DNA of 63,217 nucleotides, counting the filler, from Sphacelaria rigidula (Eukaryota): NCBI GenBank assembly GCA_964200075.2. It is 10 parts of 10 records of this genome, joined end to end, with 100 filler letters (N's around TTAATTAATTAA, not from the genome) between each part and the next. Parts side by side here need not be neighbours in the genome. Positions count along the whole stretch, not along the records: positions 25,330 to 31,561 come from CAXNAA020021352.1; positions 31,662 to 37,893 come from CAXNAA020021353.1; positions 37,994 to 44,224 come from CAXNAA020021354.1; 7 more parts are not named here. The stretch is one strand, 5' to 3'. A program made the position numbers and the translations under genes. Below the pieces are notes generated by a model. It was given only the letters and a program-made list of their open reading frames with translations. It had not been told where the DNA came from and ran no database searches. Below, in pieces: positions 25,408 to 38,851 of the stretch (position 1 is its first letter; every line of letters starts with the position of its first letter).

Positions 25408-25606
25408 TATTCATTCGTTGCTTGCCTTAGTCGGTTGACCATTGACCACGAATTCTTTTCGACACGGAGCACCGTTCCTACTCCTGATAGAGACACCTAT
25501 TACATTCAGGCGCTCATTACTTTCTTCCCCACATTACACAAAAACCGTTTACATATCTCATCCCCCTCCTGTTTCGCCGGCTGTGGCCACCATTTACCTC
25601 CTAGTA
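25408..25606 (-). mobile_element. Family B LINE-like 3' fragment encoding a probable ORF2 C-terminus
   Basis: The minus strand reads LGGKWWPQPAKQEGDEICKRFLCNVGKK/NERLNVIGVSIRSRNGAPCRKEFVVNGQPTKASNE*, with a long poly-G tract next to the stop. Confidence 0.75.
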
Positions 25607-26157
25607 CATATATTTGGGGGCGAGGGGGAGGGGGGGCGGTAAAACCCATTCCGACCTCCACCTAGCTTCCAACAAGTGGTTTAGGAACAACATGGGACGA
25701 GCGGAACGCCGGTCACGTGAAGGGAGCGTTGCGATTCTTGAAGGCGTCAGGAAACATGCACATGAATTTTATCGCGATGGTTCCAACGACCAACGACCAA
25801 CAGCCAACGGCCAACGACGAAAGGGAAACGATTTCCTCGGCTCGACAACTCGAAATTGTTTCATGCTCGTTGTTGTGCAAGGTATTTTTGACAGCTTTCG
25901 AAACCGGCAACTGTGAATACCACGACAAAACACACACACACACACACACACACACGTATGGATACCTTTCGGCGGTGCCTGGGGCGGCCCGTCGGAGTCA
26001 CACTCCATGAAATCGTCACCGGATTGCTGCTTGTTCAACTTGTTCCACTTCTTCTGCAGCTCCACCTGCTTGAATTCCTGGAATTTCGCACTCCTATTTT
26101 CGTTGTTTGTTTTTCGGTTGTAAAAAAAGGGGGGGAGGGAGGGCAGGGGAAGGGGGG

Positions 26158-26365
26158 TGTACTTATTCGTTGCTTGCCTTGAGTCACGTGACCATTGACC
26201 ACGCATCCCTCTCGAAAAGAAGCACCGTTCCTCCTCCTATAATAATAGAGACAATGCTAACGCTTGGGGCGCTCATCACGTTTCTTCCAGACATAAAGCA
26301 GAAATCTTTTACATATCTTATATCTCCTCCTGTTCCGCCATCTGTGGCCACAATCAACTCCTAGT
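26158..26365 (-). mobile_element. Family B LINE-like 3' fragment
   Basis: Homologous to 25408-25606, with a G-rich tail tract at 26128-26157. Confidence 0.75.
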
Positions 26366-26904
26366 CCAGCAACGGTTTCAAGTGTCGGACAAATAAGGAT
26401 TCGTCTGAAATTCCTTGGTTTTAGTATAATTGATTCGAATCGTACGAATCAATCTCTAGGCTTTGTTTTCAGCGTTACAACCCANNNNNNNNNNCAACTT
26501 TTTTCTCCCTTTTGGGCAATCAGGCCGAAGAACTCGTGAATTCGGTGATCCGTAGTTGTGATGATTCGTCCTAACCGTGCAATGGTTTACTCGCTACTGT
26601 TATCTAATGTACCAAACGATTTCATGCCACCATCGTTATTTTCCACATTACCCCCACCAACACGTCTCGTTTCTCCTTGTATAGTTCACATTCTGCCATT
26701 ATCTGACTTCTACCCTCCACGGGGGGGGGGACTTATAATCTTGTACGCCATAGTCATAAGATCATCGGCCTCGCATCACTACAAGCCGGATGGAGCACGC
26801 CGGGTTTTCGCCGGACCAGGCCCGAAATCAATCACCGAGCGCGCGGAGAGGGGAAATCCGTTTCGAGTTCAAATAAATCTTTAACGAAGATATCGGGTTT
26901 ATGT

Positions 26905-27272
26905 GATACTGTGTGTGAGTGTTGTCGTCCTATCTATTCTAGACGCCGGTCTACACCTGTCGGTATATATGGGCGCACCGGCCGGGGTCACACGAGAGGG
27001 AGGGCAACACAGGAGTTTTCTATTTTTTGTTTGTTCTAGTTCTCCACCTTCCTCCTGCGGTGCTTGCCTTCTTTTCTATCGCGAGAGGGGTTCAGCAATC
27101 CCTTTCCATGGTTGACCGTGAAGTCGAATTTTGTGTACCAATCACATAGTCGCTGCCCACTACTGTTGGGCATTGTGTGAGAAAAAATCCCAGATCGCTC
27201 TGAGATTTGAACCTACGACCGAAACGTTTGAAGGTTTCAAGGTTACGAACTAAGCCACCGGGGCGACCGGCT
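26905..27272 (-). mobile_element. tRNA-derived SINE family 1, full length
   Basis: On the minus strand: AGCCGGTCGCCCCGG, A box TGGCTTAGTTCG, B box GGTTCAAATC, CA-rich tail. Confidence 0.85.
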
Positions 27273-27399
27273 GCAGTGCCCGCAACTACTGCCGAGGAGA
27301 AACTACACAGTAAAATCAAGCCCAATGTACATCTACAGGTTTTCAAATTCATCTTGTTTTCTTGTCTAATTTTCGGGCGATGGGCGGGGAATGGTTTTT

Positions 27400-27692
27400 A
27401 TAATTCTGCATGCCACAGTCACATGACCATTGATCTCGCATTTCTACAATGCCGGGACGGAGCACGCCGGGTTTTCGACGGACCAGGCTCGCACTCAATC
27501 ACCAAGTGCGAAGCGCCGTGGTGTGTTCGGCGAGTTGCATGAAGAGTGAGATGCATCCTGCTCAGATTGTTCGGCCCAAAGCCTACTGATTACCTTGCAT
27601 TTGGATGACAGCCTACAATGAGTTGCTTCAGTTTCTTGTATCGCCACTTCCAGAGACAGCCATGGATTACACACTGCCTCCTGGGCGTTTCA
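27400..27692 (-). mobile_element. Family A retroposon, near full length
   Basis: Reverse complement of 47537-47830. Confidence 0.8.
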
Positions 27693-28491
27693 CCATTTGG
27701 GAGAGGGGGCTTGTTTGGGTGAGGGGGGAGGGTGGGGGAGCGTAATCGAAAAAACCCGACAAATAATCAAATCATGCCCGGGACAAAAGAATACACAGCC
27801 AAAAAGTGTACTGCGCACAGTATCGACTATTGCGCCTGTTGCAATTAACAATAGATTCCATACTGTACGCAGTACATTTTTTTACAATATAATCTTTTGT
27901 CCGGGGTGTGAATCAAATACCGTATTGCACACACCACGGGTAGATACGCACGGACTTCGAGGGACCCGCTCGACGAGAACGTTACTCTTGGAACGCAACC
28001 GCTGGTGGCATTTCGGAATAATATCTTTAATTGGCCTCCATCGTTGGAAACAGGCAAAAGACACCTGTGTTGTAGTCTCATATAAAAAAGCTTTTTTCTT
28101 TTCATTGTAAACTGAAAAGTACGAATGTCATTTTTCTCCAGTATTTTTCTACACCCCTGCTCCAACGTAAAGTAACTCTAACCCTATCGTACTAACTTTA
28201 CAAAATGGGTGTGGGACAGTGAAAGCGTAATTTTTTGTACTTCTGGTTCATGAAGGGGAAAGAAAAATAATATAAATCATCTTATTCCCACCCAGGGATA
28301 ATGTACTCCCTACCCTGTACAGATGTGTGGGGGGGGGCAGGACTTTCGCGACCTACACATATGCAGCTACGTACAGTACGTACACCCCACAGCTCGGCAC
28401 CATCATTTTCGCTGTCGACGAAACACACTACACACTAGAGTATGACGCGCACACTTTCACTGGATTACCACACACATGAGGGTACACTTAC

Positions 28492-30356
28492 GCTTTACGG
28501 TTGCGCCCCCCGAACCGCGTGGCCACGAGCGTCTTCCTCCTCATGCTGCCCCCGCTACTGGACCCGGCCCCCGCCCCTGTCCCTACCTCCACAAATCCAT
28601 CTGGACCATCATCCTCCATCCCCTCACCCCCGACAGAAAACGCCTCCACCTCAGCAGCCGCCGCGCCCCCGACACTACCGGCGTCCCCCTCTTCCGCGTC
28701 CATACCCACACTCACCACCTCCTCGCTCTCTCGGCCGCGATCTTCCCCGCTGTCCAGTTCTCCTCCGCCAGCACCGGCGCTGGCCCGGTCGATGACTACA
28801 ACTGTTGTACCGTCATCATCTTCACGTGCTGAACTGGCAGCACGTTTACCGTTCGGCGCAGCAGCAACATCAACATCAACATCAACATCAACGGCAGCGG
28901 CGGCACCCTCTGAAGGAGAGGCGGTCGCAGAAGCAGCGGAAGTAGCAGAAGCAGCAGCATCAGAGCGCCCGTTTTTCCCTCGAGGTTCAAAGTCGCCGGC
29001 AAGCGGACGTGGGTCGGAGGCCTCCTCGCGACCGGTAGCCATATTTGCATCATTTTCATCATCTTCAGAGCTGGCAGCAGCGGCGGTAGCGTCGGCTACA
29101 ACGCGAGAGCTTGACGAACTCAAATCCTGCGATTCAGCCGCCGGCTCTTTATCTACATCCATTTTACGGCTTCTGCCTGTCGCCGTCCGGTCGCCGTCAA
29201 TGCTCGAGCGCTGGTTAGCTTCTCCTGCCTCGCTTTTATTCCGCTGCACGGCCTTCTTAGAAGTTGCCGTCGTTGTCGCCGGCGGCGGCGACGTCGGGGC
29301 GGGTGGTGTCATTGCATCTCCATCAGTAACAACATAATCGCCATCGCCATCGCCACCGTCACCACCATCGGCGACACGGCTACGACACCCGACAGCATTG
29401 AAGATCGCATCGTGAGCACCGCCCCGGCGTGCCGCTGGAGCTACAGGCAGACTCGAGAACGACGGCGATGCTGCCGCCAATCCAGAGCCAGTTGTCGCAG
29501 TGGGAGTAGTAGCAGCAGTGGGGCAAGACGACGACGACGACGACGACGTAAACGGACCTCGAGACATGACAGACGCTTGACCACCGCCGCCGGCGCCCCT
29601 GCCGCCACCACCGTCACTCCGGCCATTCCTCCCTCCTGCGCCGTAGCTCATCGACGACATGTTCGCCGCCTCGGGCACCGACCGAGACCCGCCGATTGCA
29701 CGAGAACTGCGGTCATCTTCCAATTCGTGGCTTACAGCGGGGTAGTGCCACGCGTTTGCGTTGTTCGGTACGGGCGCGTGCGATTGTGACGGTGGTTGCC
29801 GTCGATGCTCCTGCTGCTGCTGCTGCTGCTGCGACAACGTCGACTGCGGCAGCCAAGAACCTGAGTTGGCCCGGCCGGGGGGGGGAGACGTACGGGGCGA
29901 GGGAGGACGATATCCGGCACTGTTGGGACCTACTGTTCCGAACTGTTGGTGCTGTGGGTGTTGCGCCGGGATGCCTGCAGGTACACCCCTGTCCCCCGCT
30001 CGTTCGACTCCACGAATAACGCCTCCTCGTGTGTCTGTCGCGGGCCAGCCCCCCAGCGGTCCTTGCTGTTGGCTATTGCCGGGGCCGGTGGTAGTAGTAG
30101 AGGGTACCCGATTTTGTGGGACACCGCCTCCCCCGGGATGTGGCGGTGTGAGGTTGTTGCTGTTGTTGCTATTGTTGGCGGCGGCAGTGCTGCCGCGATT
30201 GCTGTTGGCGCTGCCACCGGCGCTATTATTATCACTGTACATCCACCCTTGAGGGGGATACCGTCCGGGATGATGCGGCTGGTGGGGAATCTGTTCCCGT
30301 TCTTGTCGCTGTTGTTGTTGGTGAGAGTGGTGATAACTGTGATACTGATGTTGTTG

Positions 30357-30393
<37 letters not shown>

Positions 30394-30689
30394 GATTGTA
30401 TCTGATCGTGATGGGTAGAGTGGTGAAGGTGATGCTGCCGCTGCATCTGATATTGTTGCTGCTGATGCTGCTGCTGATGATGTGGTAATATGGAAGCCGG
30501 CGCAACAGCCCCCCCCCTACCGTACCCGCTACCACCACTCGGATAGTCTAGACCAGCACCGGGAGCATGCATACGGGGGTCTGCTTCCTCCCTCTCTCCC
30601 CGTTGATGTCGATCGCTATCGCCATTATTTCGACCTCCGCCTCCGGTCGGTCCGGGGGCGGACCCACCGCCCATGTTCGGCCTCCACAT
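28492..30689 (-). CDS. Large, probably first, exon of an unidentified protein with poly-Gln/His and Gly/Ala/Asp-rich disordered sequence
   Basis: 733-codon ORF ending at a GTAAGT donor (plus-strand ACTTAC at 28486-28491). No recognisable folded domain. Confidence 0.7.
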
Positions 30690-31661
30690 GGCCGCTGTCG
30701 AAGGTCGTCCTCAATGGCAGTCGAGTTAAAAGCCCCGGGAAGGGCTCTAGCTCTCGCTTCCCTTCTCTCTTCTTGAATTTCTTTATTTTTATTTTTGTTG
30801 TGCTTTGATATTTTTCGGAAAAACGGGGATGTCGAGAATGCTGATGTGTCCGCTCTTTCCTGGTTCACTTTTCCGGATCAATCGTGACAAGGTGGGCGGG
30901 CGTGTGCAAGCGGGGGGGGGGGGGGGGGTGGAATAATTGATTAATTGACGCACTTTAGCTGACACCATAGGAATCCAGCTGCGGTCACAAAAAAAAATGT
31001 ACCCGAAANNNNNNNNNNGGTTCACTTTTCCGGATCAATCGTGACAAGGTGGGCGGGCGTGTGCAAGCGGGGGGGGGGGGGGTTGATTCATTGATTCATT
31101 GTCGCACTTTAGCTGACTCCCTAGGGATCCAGCTGCGGTCACATGATAAGATGTACCCGAGACGACACGAAACTGAAACACTCGTTGAAGAAAACATGAG
31201 AAGCAGAAAAGGTAGAACAAAACAGCGTGGTAGACCGAGATTGATAAAGAAAAGAAACATATAAATAATAAGAAAAAGAATGGCCGGCCTTTTTTACCAC
31301 ATGGCTTCCTTCGGCGGAAAAGGTCTTGCGCAGAACCACATTCATACCCCCAGCCGTGGAACACAAAAGGCCGTGGAGAAGTGAAATATTGCGGCTAATC
31401 TATTATAGTACAACGGCTCTACTTGGGGTATAGATCGTCTCGTCCATGAACAGACACAATGCAGCGAGGCACCATACACACGGGGGGGGGGGGGGGGGGG
31501 TGTGAAAAAACGGAACCCCCCCAGACTTGAAGTAGAAAAGGAGGGGGGGAGGATATTCCCCNNNNNNNNNNNNNNNNNNNNNNNNNNNNNNNNNNNNNNN
31601 NNNNNTTAATTAATTAANNNNNNNNNNNNNNNNNNNNNNNNNNNNNNNNNNNNNNNNNNNN

Positions 31662-31721
31662 CTGATGCGCCCACATATCCCGAAAGGGGTAGACTGGCGC
31701 CCAGAATAAATGGGACGACAA

Positions 31722-31760
<39 letters not shown>
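31662..31760 (+). mobile_element. SINE family 1 3' end with (CA)n microsatellite tail
   Basis: GCGCCCACATATCCCGAAAGG...GGGACGACAA followed by (CA)n. Confidence 0.75.
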
Positions 31761-31762
<2 letters not shown>

Positions 31763-33454
31763 CCCCTCTCGTGTTGTAGCCTAGCTTCGCATCGTCTGTA
31801 GCGTTGTGGAAAACTAAGCAGAGACACGCAACGTGCAGTACACTGTCTTCAATGGAGAACGCCCGACACGGTGACTTCTCTTACCGCTGTGTTGATCCAC
31901 TGATGATAGACGGTTTCGCGTGTACGATAGAGTAGCAGCAGGAGCTGCAGCAGTGCAGCAACAGTTAACCCTTTTCGGAACCCGTTGACGATTTTTGTTT
32001 TTGTGAATCGGCATCATTCTGACTTGAAAATGAACGAAAATGATGCCGATTCACAAAAACAATAATCATCAATGGGTCCCACAGGGGTTAATAAGGAGGT
32101 GCACTTGAGACAATGGAATATGCGTGCAAAATCGAACACGCTTGAGGTGTGCCAGCCCTGCCCCGGAAGCAGGCTGTTCAGTGTCGAGCGATGGCACACT
32201 GCCTGCTTCATACCGATGTATACAGTGGCCGATGAAAACGTTCGCATGTACGGTAGAGTAGCAACATGTAGAGTTCTGTAACTTCACGCCAGTCAGCTAC
32301 GCCAACGCCTCCCATGATGGGCATGTTAGACTTCAGCAGCTGCAGTAATTCATGTATCATCAGCCCAAGCTATTCATTATATCGGAGAGCAGCATCCCAG
32401 CTGCTCCTCCCACAGAGTGAGAATCACCGTCAAGCCATCGAGATGAAAGACTCGCGAAGTCCACCAAATCATACCCGCAGACCTACGATCCATCAACCAG
32501 CGGTTGTCATGCCTACTGCACATTGTTCCGATTGCATTTACACAGTGGATTCCAGAGTCTAGAGCACTCCCAAAGCCCGTTTAATACCGACAAGTGGTCA
32601 AAGTAGAGCTTGGCAAGCTCAGACATCATTGTTGCCTAGTCCTACGGCCATTTCACACGTAGATGTGCAATCCCTGCGGCTGTACACGATAACAGCTCCA
32701 GACGAGCTTACCCGATTTCCGAACAACTCGCAAGAGATCCAAAACGCCCATGTGAGTAATAACGCGATAGTTCCAACACTTGCACCACTCCGAGTCACGG
32801 AGTGATAGCTGACGCCGAATATCCACATCCTTGGCCAAGTCTTGTGACTCTAAACCGGCAAGGAAAACGTCAAATGTCAACGAACTGTCGAATTCCAATG
32901 CACTCGTGAACATTTGTCTCTCCTGTTCGAGACGAGGAACTTCCAACACACAGAAAGCGCATTCGTACGTCCGACAACTTCGGCTCCGGAGTGCAACGGC
33001 CAACGGATGCGTCATCCTGAAATTAGGATGAAAAAAGGTATTCAACACACCTAAAACGCAGCTGGCCTCTTGATTGCTTACCCCTCGTGAAAACGCTTGC
33101 ATCACACACCTCTCCTTCGTGTTTTTTCTCTGCAATCATTCCATAAAGACAACCAACAGAAAGCCTCTACTTAAATCGCTGTTGAAGCTATTCATGGCAA
33201 ATCCAACATCAGCAAACGGGCCGTGACGTCCGCGATCATTGACCACCCGTCGTGAAGTGATTTTCGAACACTACTTATCGAGTTTTCCCCCAAACACCCA
33301 GATATAATAGAGAGTTTCAGAAAACGGCTCTTTGCCATTTCAGAGTGAAAATATCTCAGGATCAGAGTGTGGAATAGAAGAAACACCTCATTCCAATTTC
33401 ACGACGCGAAGTTGGATTCTGCTGCGGGTAAAAATTTGACCAAGAGGTTTTTTG

Positions 33455-33557
33455 CGACTCCGTTTTTGCGTCGTGATTCTTGCGTCGTGATTCTTGCGAT
33501 CGGATCCTTGCGATATTTGTTTTGCGTCGGGATTCTTGCGATCGGATCTTTGCGATA
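33455..33557. repeat. Short degenerate tandem repeat (GCGTCGTGATTCTT / GCGATCGGATC)
   Basis: Repeated 14-39 nt modules. Confidence 0.6.
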
Positions 33558-33863
33558 GTTTTTTTGCTAGATTTTTCCAGTCTGAAACCCTTATCGATTT
33601 CGGGTTTTTGGGGGATAACTTCGTCAAACGGACACCAAACGCATCCTGCTCCAAGGGGCACCTGGACACACAGAAGTTGCCGCTGCCTACCCAGTATCAT
33701 CCTCCAAGTCCAAGTCTTGAGTGAGAAGCCCAGCGTTTCGTGCCCATGTACAAGGATGGTGTACATCATACTCAAAATCGAGGTGACTTCACCACTTGGT
33801 GGCTGAAGTGATTTTCTCGGAACTGTATTGTTTGCGCAGGTGCTGATGCATTTCAAAGAACAC

Positions 33864-33897
33864 TAACCCCAACCCTAACCCTAACCCCAACCCCAAC
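33864..33897. repeat. Degenerate interstitial telomere-type repeat (CCCTAA/CCCCAA)
   Basis: TAACCCCAACCCTAACCCTAACCCCAACCCCAAC. Confidence 0.7.
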
Positions 33898-34389
33898 GAA
33901 GACATACCGAGAACCCTCGGGCACGGGGGGTGCGGCGTGTTCCCTAGGCGAAGTATGCGTTGCCAGACCTCAAATCGGCGCTCCAGGCGCAACGCGTTCT
34001 GCGCACGCTAGGAGCACGCCAGGAGCAGGGTAGTCCATCTGGATCACGCATACTTTTTTCAAGTGAATATTGATGCCGATTCAGCAGGTGACCTTCCCCC
34101 GGGGTCAACGGGTCAAAGATCCGGATTTCGGTTTCTAGACTAAAATCCATTACCGCACCTGTCCACAAGCCGTAAATTTCCGAGAACTATCTTGAACTAC
34201 CAAGTGGTGAAGTCTACAGCTTGAGTTAAAACGACTGCCGGGAATATCACGTCCCAAAGGAAATTCACTTTCAAAAAGTTTAAATATGCAGGATTTTTTC
34301 AAGCTAGGAGCACGCATGGTTGCAAAGCGTGGGCTGTTGGGCTGTTCATGGGACAGACAGTTGGGATCCCATCACCAGCGGTAGCCACG

Positions 34390-35290
34390 CTGGGTTCAAC
34401 GCCATCACCAGCAGTACCCACGCGTGGGAGACACACTCCACGTGCACAGCTATATCTACCAGAACCTCGCCGAGTAAGTAAGCATGGACCCATCGGCGGG
34501 TAGTACGTACCAGCGCTGTCCAGCACAGTCGCTACCACTCGTAAGGTGCGTGGGTGTTGTCGCACGGTCGAAACGCGGACCGTTTACGATCAAGAGTAGC
34601 AGCAACAGCAGCAGCAGCAGCATCGGCACCGCCTGATTCAGAACCACCCCCAACTGTACACATTTACTGGCAATAAAGATGCTGCTGCTGCTTCTGCCTC
34701 TTCTTCTCGTACGGGAGGCGGTCCGCGTTTCGACGTGCGACAATACCCATGCACCTGGGGTGTTATTTCCTCCTCCCCACTTTTAATCGATTATGATTTG
34801 TTTGCGTGTTGTTACCCTCATATTGTATCAGTATACTGCAGCATTTCAGTACGAGTACATATCACTTGTTTCCCCCTGTATTGGACGCTGGCTTTATTCT
34901 TTCAACGCCATCACCAGCAGTAGCCCCGCTTGCGAGACACACCAGATGTGCGCAGCTCGCACAGAGAGATGCGCACAGCTATATCTCCTAGCATTTAGCC
35001 TGGCGAGGAAGCATTGACTTATGAGTGGGCAGTACGAACCAGCGCTTTCCGGCATGGTGGCTATCTCGCGCAATGTGCGTGGGCGTTGTAGCACGATTGA
35101 AACGCGGACCGCCTCTCCCATGAGGAAAAACGGCAACAGCAGCAGCAGTGTCGGCACCGGCTGATTTAGACCCATCCCCAGCCGCGTACATCTACTGGCA
35201 GTAAAGATGCTGCTGATACTGCTGCTGATGCTTCTTCTCCTTCTCGTGCGGAAGGCGGTCCGCGTTTCGACCTGCCACAATACCCATACC
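34390..35290 (+). repeat. Diverged tandem duplication (~370-bp homologous blocks)
   Basis: TTCAACGCCATCACCAGCAGTA...GGCGGTCCGCGTTTCGAC...CAATACCCAT at ~34394-34750 and ~34901-35287. Confidence 0.75.
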
Positions 35291-35306
35291 CCCTTGCGCG
35301 TGGTTG

Positions 35307-35340
35307 TCTTATGACTATGGCATGCATGATCATGAGTACA
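35307..35340 (+). mobile_element. 34-bp 5'-truncated family A insert with perfect 16-bp TSD
   Basis: TSD CCCTTGCGCGTGGTTG at 35291-35306 and 35341-35356. The insert ends GATCATGAGTACA. Confidence 0.9.
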
Positions 35341-37782
35341 CCCTTGCGCGTGGTTGCCGCCCTCCTTGAAGTCGCTGGTCTATTCGCGTGCTGTTTTACC
35401 GTCTTTGTATCACTTGTTTCCCACCGTAGTATACTCGATTAGAAGGGCGCGTTATTTCTCGTGATGACGAAGTTGTGAACCGTCACTTCACTGTCACTAT
35501 CACGAAATGATTATCATTGAATTAAATTACACACGCGGAGAGCGTTATTTTCGCGCAGCACGCGCGCTAGCGTTTTCCGTGTTGTCTACATCGTGCCAGC
35601 GCGCTTGTGCACTAAAGCGCTGTACTTCCCTGTGGCAGCCCGTCACGGTAGTGCTCCTCATGTTTCATCACGCCTTATTCGAAAACACCCAGAGGAGATG
35701 CCAGCGAGTCCATCGTTGTTGCACTTGTATTGTGGTGAATCACTTGTTTTTCGATAGAACCCCCGCATGCTGTGTGTTGTACCAAATAGTATATACCGTA
35801 CCAGTTCAAAAACGGAAACTGTATGCATTTTATATATATGCCGCCGACATGCTCTGGTTATCATGAACTGTGTACGAGGCGCGGGAAGCGTAGTTTTTGT
35901 CAGGGAATGCAAGGACGCAACCATACTGCAGTACAGGCAGTATGAAACACGTGATTCGAACGAGACACAAGATGAAGCATTTACATTATGATAAACACCT
36001 GGGCGTTTTGGTACTGAAACGAGTCCATCAGTCCCTCCACTACCTACCGTACGAAGATGGCAAGGGTTGGACGAATCAATGATTCCTCCGGAAATCATTC
36101 GATTTTCAGTGTTGTTGATTCGTACCGTACGAATCAATCCTGAGGCTTTGTTTTCAGCGTTGCAACCCAGGTACGCGTAGCCCAGGTGTGTGGAACGGTA
36201 CAGAAGTTGCGTGGAGACGTGCTTGACCAGCGGTCGACCTTTTTCCCTCTTTCGGGCAATCAAGCCTGAGAAATCGTGGATTTGGTGATTGGAATCGGCG
36301 ATGATTCGTTCGAGTCGTAGAAGATAGATACCACGTGTAAATTACACAATACGTTACGGGCAGACCTTTTTGATTTAGAGTAGAATGGCCCAGCCGAGAC
36401 CATTCCGGTTTCACCGCCGAAATCCGGGACCGCAACGTCATGTCACAATCACCGAAATAACTTGAAATTGGAAGCGCCCTGGACACGGGGCAATCTATCA
36501 ATAAAACTTGAAGGGATACCACATTTGACGGAGGGGGAAATAATTCTCGTTACACCCTGATCCTGAGATATGTGCTTACTGAAATGGCGAAAAAGCGTCT
36601 TCCGAAACTCTCTAATATCCCACTTGGATTAAAAAATCGTGATATTCCATCCGTCTATCAACGTGGATGCAAAACGCTAGAGGTCAACGGACTTGTAGCT
36701 CACCTGCACCGCTCCTTCCAGACAAATACGCTATCCACATGCTCCTTCGATACAGAGGCGAAAGACCATCACTCGTCCAAACACGTATCATTTCCATCAA
36801 AGGACGTATCACGATCAAATATCATTGACGCATGCGCGCACAGTTTCTTGGTCTTCGAACGTTAGAACCACGCGCGTTACACTTGCTCACATACGAGCTT
36901 ACGCATTTCACACTTTCCGTTCATATCCACGCTAACAGCGGCAATTAGCACCCCCTTCAATCAGCACGCGCCATCGCACGAAGACAATTCCGTCCCGTTT
37001 CTGGGCGAATGGGAACATACGAACTTCATCTCATCCACCCTATGGCAGTATGTTGAAGCCTCCCGCACACTGGCGCTTCGCCACATGCCATGCACATGAG
37101 TGAACATACTACAGCGAAAAGTCCATGTGTACGTGTCAGCATTTCACCGAGCACATGTACTGTGACGATCATACTCGCATAACCATGCTTCATGCTCCAG
37201 CAGCAGCGCAAAACATGTCTGCGAACCGCACCACAACAAGCTGCAATCGTCCTCAAAATGATTCACAAGTACCACTCATAATGTGCTTCGTCACAATGGG
37301 CACTCAATCACACCAGCACTTGCTCCGCAACACGACCTATCCCCGCGCTCACCACAAAAACCTCAACAACACCACATCAGCCGGCCCTCACCACAATACA
37401 ATCACCTCAGGTAATGTCTTTTTTGCAATCCTTCAGCCCCGCTCCTGAGAAACAGCAGCGCTCGAACCACAACGTCTCGCACACCATGGAGCAGCGTTTC
37501 CACTCCAACACTCGCTCCTTGCATTATACGTACAGCCGCTTCACTAGGGTCACAGTCCCCTGTAGGTTCGAGCACGCAAGGCGCTCCGCCGTCATACACG
37601 CTGGTCATCGACCCCAACTCGCTCCTGCGAATCCACATCCGCCAACCGGGCACCCACCTCTCTTTCAGCAGACACCCCTGCGAATCATCTGAACGATCTC
37701 CCGTCGTGTTGATGGAGCAGATAGATTGGCCATGACCATGGCAAGCCCCAAGCTTGCTCTGCTCGCTTGCATCACACAGATA

Positions 37783-37830
<48 letters not shown>

Positions 37831-37993
37831 CCCCCCCCCGCCCCCCCGCGCCGCGGCCGCCGGCGCGCGCGGCCTTCCACCGCGCGCGCCTGCNNNNNNN
37901 NNNNNNNNNNNNNNNNNNNNNNNNNNNNNNNNNNNNNTTAATTAATTAANNNNNNNNNNNNNNNNNNNNNNNNNNNNNNNNNNNNNNNNNNNN

Positions 37994-38162
37994 TGCTCGG
38001 CGAGTCGCATGAAGGGTGAGCTCCATCCTGCTAAGAGTTTTCGGCCCGAAGCCTACTGGTTATCTTGCATTTGGAAGACAGCCTGCAATGAGTTGCTTTA
38101 TTTTCTGGTGTCGCCACTTGCCAGAGACAGCCAAGGCTTTTACACTGCCTCATTGGTGCGTC
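37994..38162 (-). mobile_element. Family A retroposon, 5' part (cut by contig start)
   Basis: Homologous to ~27525-27690. Confidence 0.75.
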
Positions 38163-38485
38163 ATTTCATAGTAGCGGCCCGGGGTGGGGGAGGACCGCAG
38201 CAACACAACAACAACCGCACACCACGGCAGGGCTGAGTGCAACCGACCTCCATGGTCATGAGGCAGGCAGGCACGGTCCGCGTGGATCGAGCCCAGGGGC
38301 CACACGGGAAATATCAGGAGGCAAGGGCCCCGAAAGTGAGTCGTCCGGTTGGTGATGGATACGTACACAGTCGTCATGTGATGAAGGCGCATGGTTTGAT
38401 GTTTTTGGAGGAGACTTGAATAGCGGTTTCACACCGGAGGTTCCATAATACTCAGGGAAGGAGAGGGAATTTGAGAGGTACAGGC

Positions 38486-38851
38486 AGCCGGTCGCCCCGG
38501 TGGCTCAGTTGATAACCTCGAAACCTTCTGACAGTTGGGTTGTGGGTTCGAATCTCTGAGCGATCGGGGATTTTTTCTCACACAATTTTCAACAGTGGAG
38601 AGCGACTATGTCGTGGGTACATGAAATTCGACTGAACGGTCGACGAGGCAAAGGGACTGCTAAAGCCCTCTCGCGATAAAAAAGTAAGGACAAGCACCGC
38701 AGAAGGTAGGTGGGGAACCAAAAACAAAGAAGACGGAAAAAACTCCTGTGTGGACCTTTCTCCAGTGTGACCGCGGCTGGTGTGCTCACATATACTGAAA
38801 GTTGTAGACCGGCGTAAACAATAGATGTGACGATAACACAACAACACACAC
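38486..38851 (+). mobile_element. tRNA-derived SINE family 1, full length
   Basis: A box TGGCTCAGTTGA (38501), B box GGTTCGAATC (38545), CA-rich tail. An inverted partial copy follows at ~38860-38995. Confidence 0.85.

Noticed and set aside
30862..31160. ~150-bp direct duplication around a 10-N gap
   Set aside because: Most likely an unmerged overlap or haplotype artefact at a scaffold gap.
32653..33135. 160-aa protein-like minus-strand ORF
   Set aside because: No recognisable family or splice support. Possibly a TE relic.
37783..37893. Poly-Pro/poly-Gly ORFs
   Set aside because: Low-quality poly-C sequence at a contig end.
38486..38570. Possible tRNA gene
   Set aside because: No proper cloverleaf, and it runs into a multi-copy body and tail: a SINE head.
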